A DNA stretch of 64,000 nucleotides from Fervidobacterium sp. (GTDB taxonomy: Bacteria > Thermotogota > Thermotogae > Thermotogales > Fervidobacteriaceae), in the NCBI GenBank assembly GCA_049970055.1, contig JBMFNR010000003.1, positions 96,001-160,000 on the forward strand, written 5' to 3'. The notes under the pieces are model-generated. The model saw nothing but the letters and a program-made list of their open reading frames with translations, searched no databases and was not told the origin of the DNA. Below are positions 62,760 to 64,000 of this stretch, piece by piece. Position 1 is the stretch's first letter. Each line of letters starts with the position of its first letter. The position numbers and the translations under genes were made by a program.

Positions 62760-63602
62760 ATGCCAAACATAGGAAATGATACTCTTGAGAAAATGTCTTC
62801 TGCTTACTTTGCAGAAAATTTAATGACCTCTTTTATGTTACAGCTTGACGAGGCACTTATTTCGAGGGTCAAAGACGTTCAAGTGAGCATAGGGGAACTT
62901 CAAAGAAATTTTCTGATGATGCAAGAGAGGCTTAATAAACTTGCTGAGCAATTCGATAAAGAGGTGAAAGATCTTTTTTCAAGTCTTGAAGAATCCCAAT
63001 ATGTAAATGCGGACATAACGGAATCACTAAGAAAATCTGGAGCCGATGTGAACAAAATAAACGAAGTTGTAATGAACTCAGTCAAAGAAACAACTAAAAC
63101 ACTTGAAATGTTTTCGAATGTCGAAAATATGGTTACAGAAATAACAAAAATAGCCAAGCAAACTAATCTTTTGGCGTTAAATGCATCAATTGAAGCTGCA
63201 CGCGCTGGTGAATTTGGTAAAGGATTTGCCGTTGTAGCTTCAGAAGTTCAGAAACTTGCTGGCGAATCAAACGCAGTTGCAAAGCAGATTACGTTTCAAG
63301 TTAAGGAATTGTCGAAATCGGTTTCAAGCGCACTTGAGAGTATCAAGTTGGTTGGTGAGATATTCATTACGGTTCAAAATTCATTCCAACAGTTGTTGGC
63401 ATTTATGCAGCAAAACTCAACTCTTTTATCACATGTCGCACAGTTGCTTTCTGAGACCAAGGAAGAGCTTACAGCTGAGAGTCAGAACTTTTCTAGAGCA
63501 ACAGAAGTTATGGGGGAAGCAGCAAGCAAATTTGAAACGCTATCAAGAGTAATTTCATCGATAGTAAAAGCGCAAGTGAAATTGAAAGATTTAAAATTGT
63601 AA
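62760..63602 (+). CDS. Cytoplasmic methyl-accepting chemotaxis protein without a sensor domain
   Basis: [33 protein letters not shown]; 280 aa; no TM helix. Confidence 0.9.
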   Translation: MPNIGNDTLEKMSSAYFAENLMTSFMLQLDEALISRVKDVQVSIGELQRNFLMMQERLNKLAEQFDKEVKDLFSSLEESQYVNADITESLRKSGADVNKINEVVMNSVKETTKTLEMFSNVENMVTEITKIAKQTNLLALNASIEAARAGEFGKGFAVVASEVQKLAGESNAVAKQITFQVKELSKSVSSALESIKLVGEIFITVQNSFQQLLAFMQQNSTLLSHVAQLLSETKEELTAESQNFSRATEVMGEAASKFETLSRVISSIVKAQVKLKDLKL

Positions 63603-63636
63603 AATGGGAATGTCATAATCACCAAGGAGTGATTGA

Positions 63637-64000
63637 TTGTTGAAGAATACTTTTTGGAAGTCTGGAATGTTGTTTATGTTTTTAGTACTAGTATCAAACG
63701 TGGCTTTTTCAGTTTCGCCAAAGGCAATTGAATACTACTCTGCCGGTGAGCTTTCATATAAGTCTGGAGATTATGAAAACGCGCTCAAAAACTATGAAAT
63801 GGCATTGCAGTTAGATTCCACAATCGAAGGGTACGACCCCTATGTGAAATTCAAAATGGGTATATCTGCATATATGTTAGGTGACTATAGTAAGGCAAAG
63901 AGCTATCTTTCTGGATATAACAGTAGTTTTGTAAGGGAACTTCTTGATTCAGTAAACAAAAGACAAGCCCAAGATGAATGGAAAAAGTGGATAGTAAAAA
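63637..64000 (+). CDS. Secreted TPR-repeat protein (truncated at the window end)
   Basis: TTG after AAGGAG. Reads LLKNTFWKSGMLFMFLVLVSNVAFS (signal peptide), then YYSAGELSYKSGDYENALKNYEMAL and KMGISAYMLGDYSKAKSYL (TPR-like). Absent from the ORF track because no stop is in the window. Confidence 0.75.
   Translation, partial: MLKNTFWKSGMLFMFLVLVSNVAFSVSPKAIEYYSAGELSYKSGDYENALKNYEMALQLDSTIEGYDPYVKFKMGISAYMLGDYSKAKSYLSGYNSSFVRELLDSVNKRQAQDEWKKWIVK

Noticed and set aside
1..64000. CRISPR array, IS element, prophage, toxin-antitoxin or defence system
   Set aside because: No regularly spaced repeats or transposase, integrase, phage or nuclease-type ORFs recognised; nearly all of the window is explained by core genes.

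Overview
An AT-rich, gene-dense stretch of core chromosome. Gene order and protein sequences suggest a thermophilic anaerobe of the Thermotogota, probably Fervidobacterium/Thermosipho-like (inference, no search run). In order it holds: (1) a + strand run holB-ricT-DUF2905-glpK-tsaE-lon-engB-argS-histidine kinase-HDOD-rbfA-flaG-fliD; (2) a long - strand block, listed by coordinate: nth, ribF, an MFS transporter, two unusually large sugar-ABC permeases, hslU, an M16 peptidase, pnp, an rnfCDGEA operon with no rnfB, three hypothetical genes, a flhA-flhF-flhG-PilZ-PilZ-cheC-cheD-fliA operon, mnmE, a chemoreceptor (MCP), purine nucleoside phosphorylase, potABC, a phosphatase, dus, nadD, obg, tRNA-Thr(CGU) and tRNA-Met(CAU); (3) a mostly + strand block with a secreted PHP-family hydrolase, clpC-radA-degV-CMD-polA, a divergent EamA / short-chain chromate transporter pair, an ODP di-iron sensor with a soluble MCP, and a truncated TPR gene. 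I saw no mobile element, CRISPR array, prophage or defence island. The strongest unannotated signals are: a candidate ~105-nt C-rich sRNA with its own promoter and terminator between flhA and mnmE; a TTAACA-N7-TGTTAA palindrome shared by two distant promoter regions; a sigma-28 promoter inside the 3' end of rbfA that moves the flaG start; an ABC permease pair with large insertions and no local binding protein; and an Rnf operon that terminates without rnfB. All calls come from reading motifs by eye.
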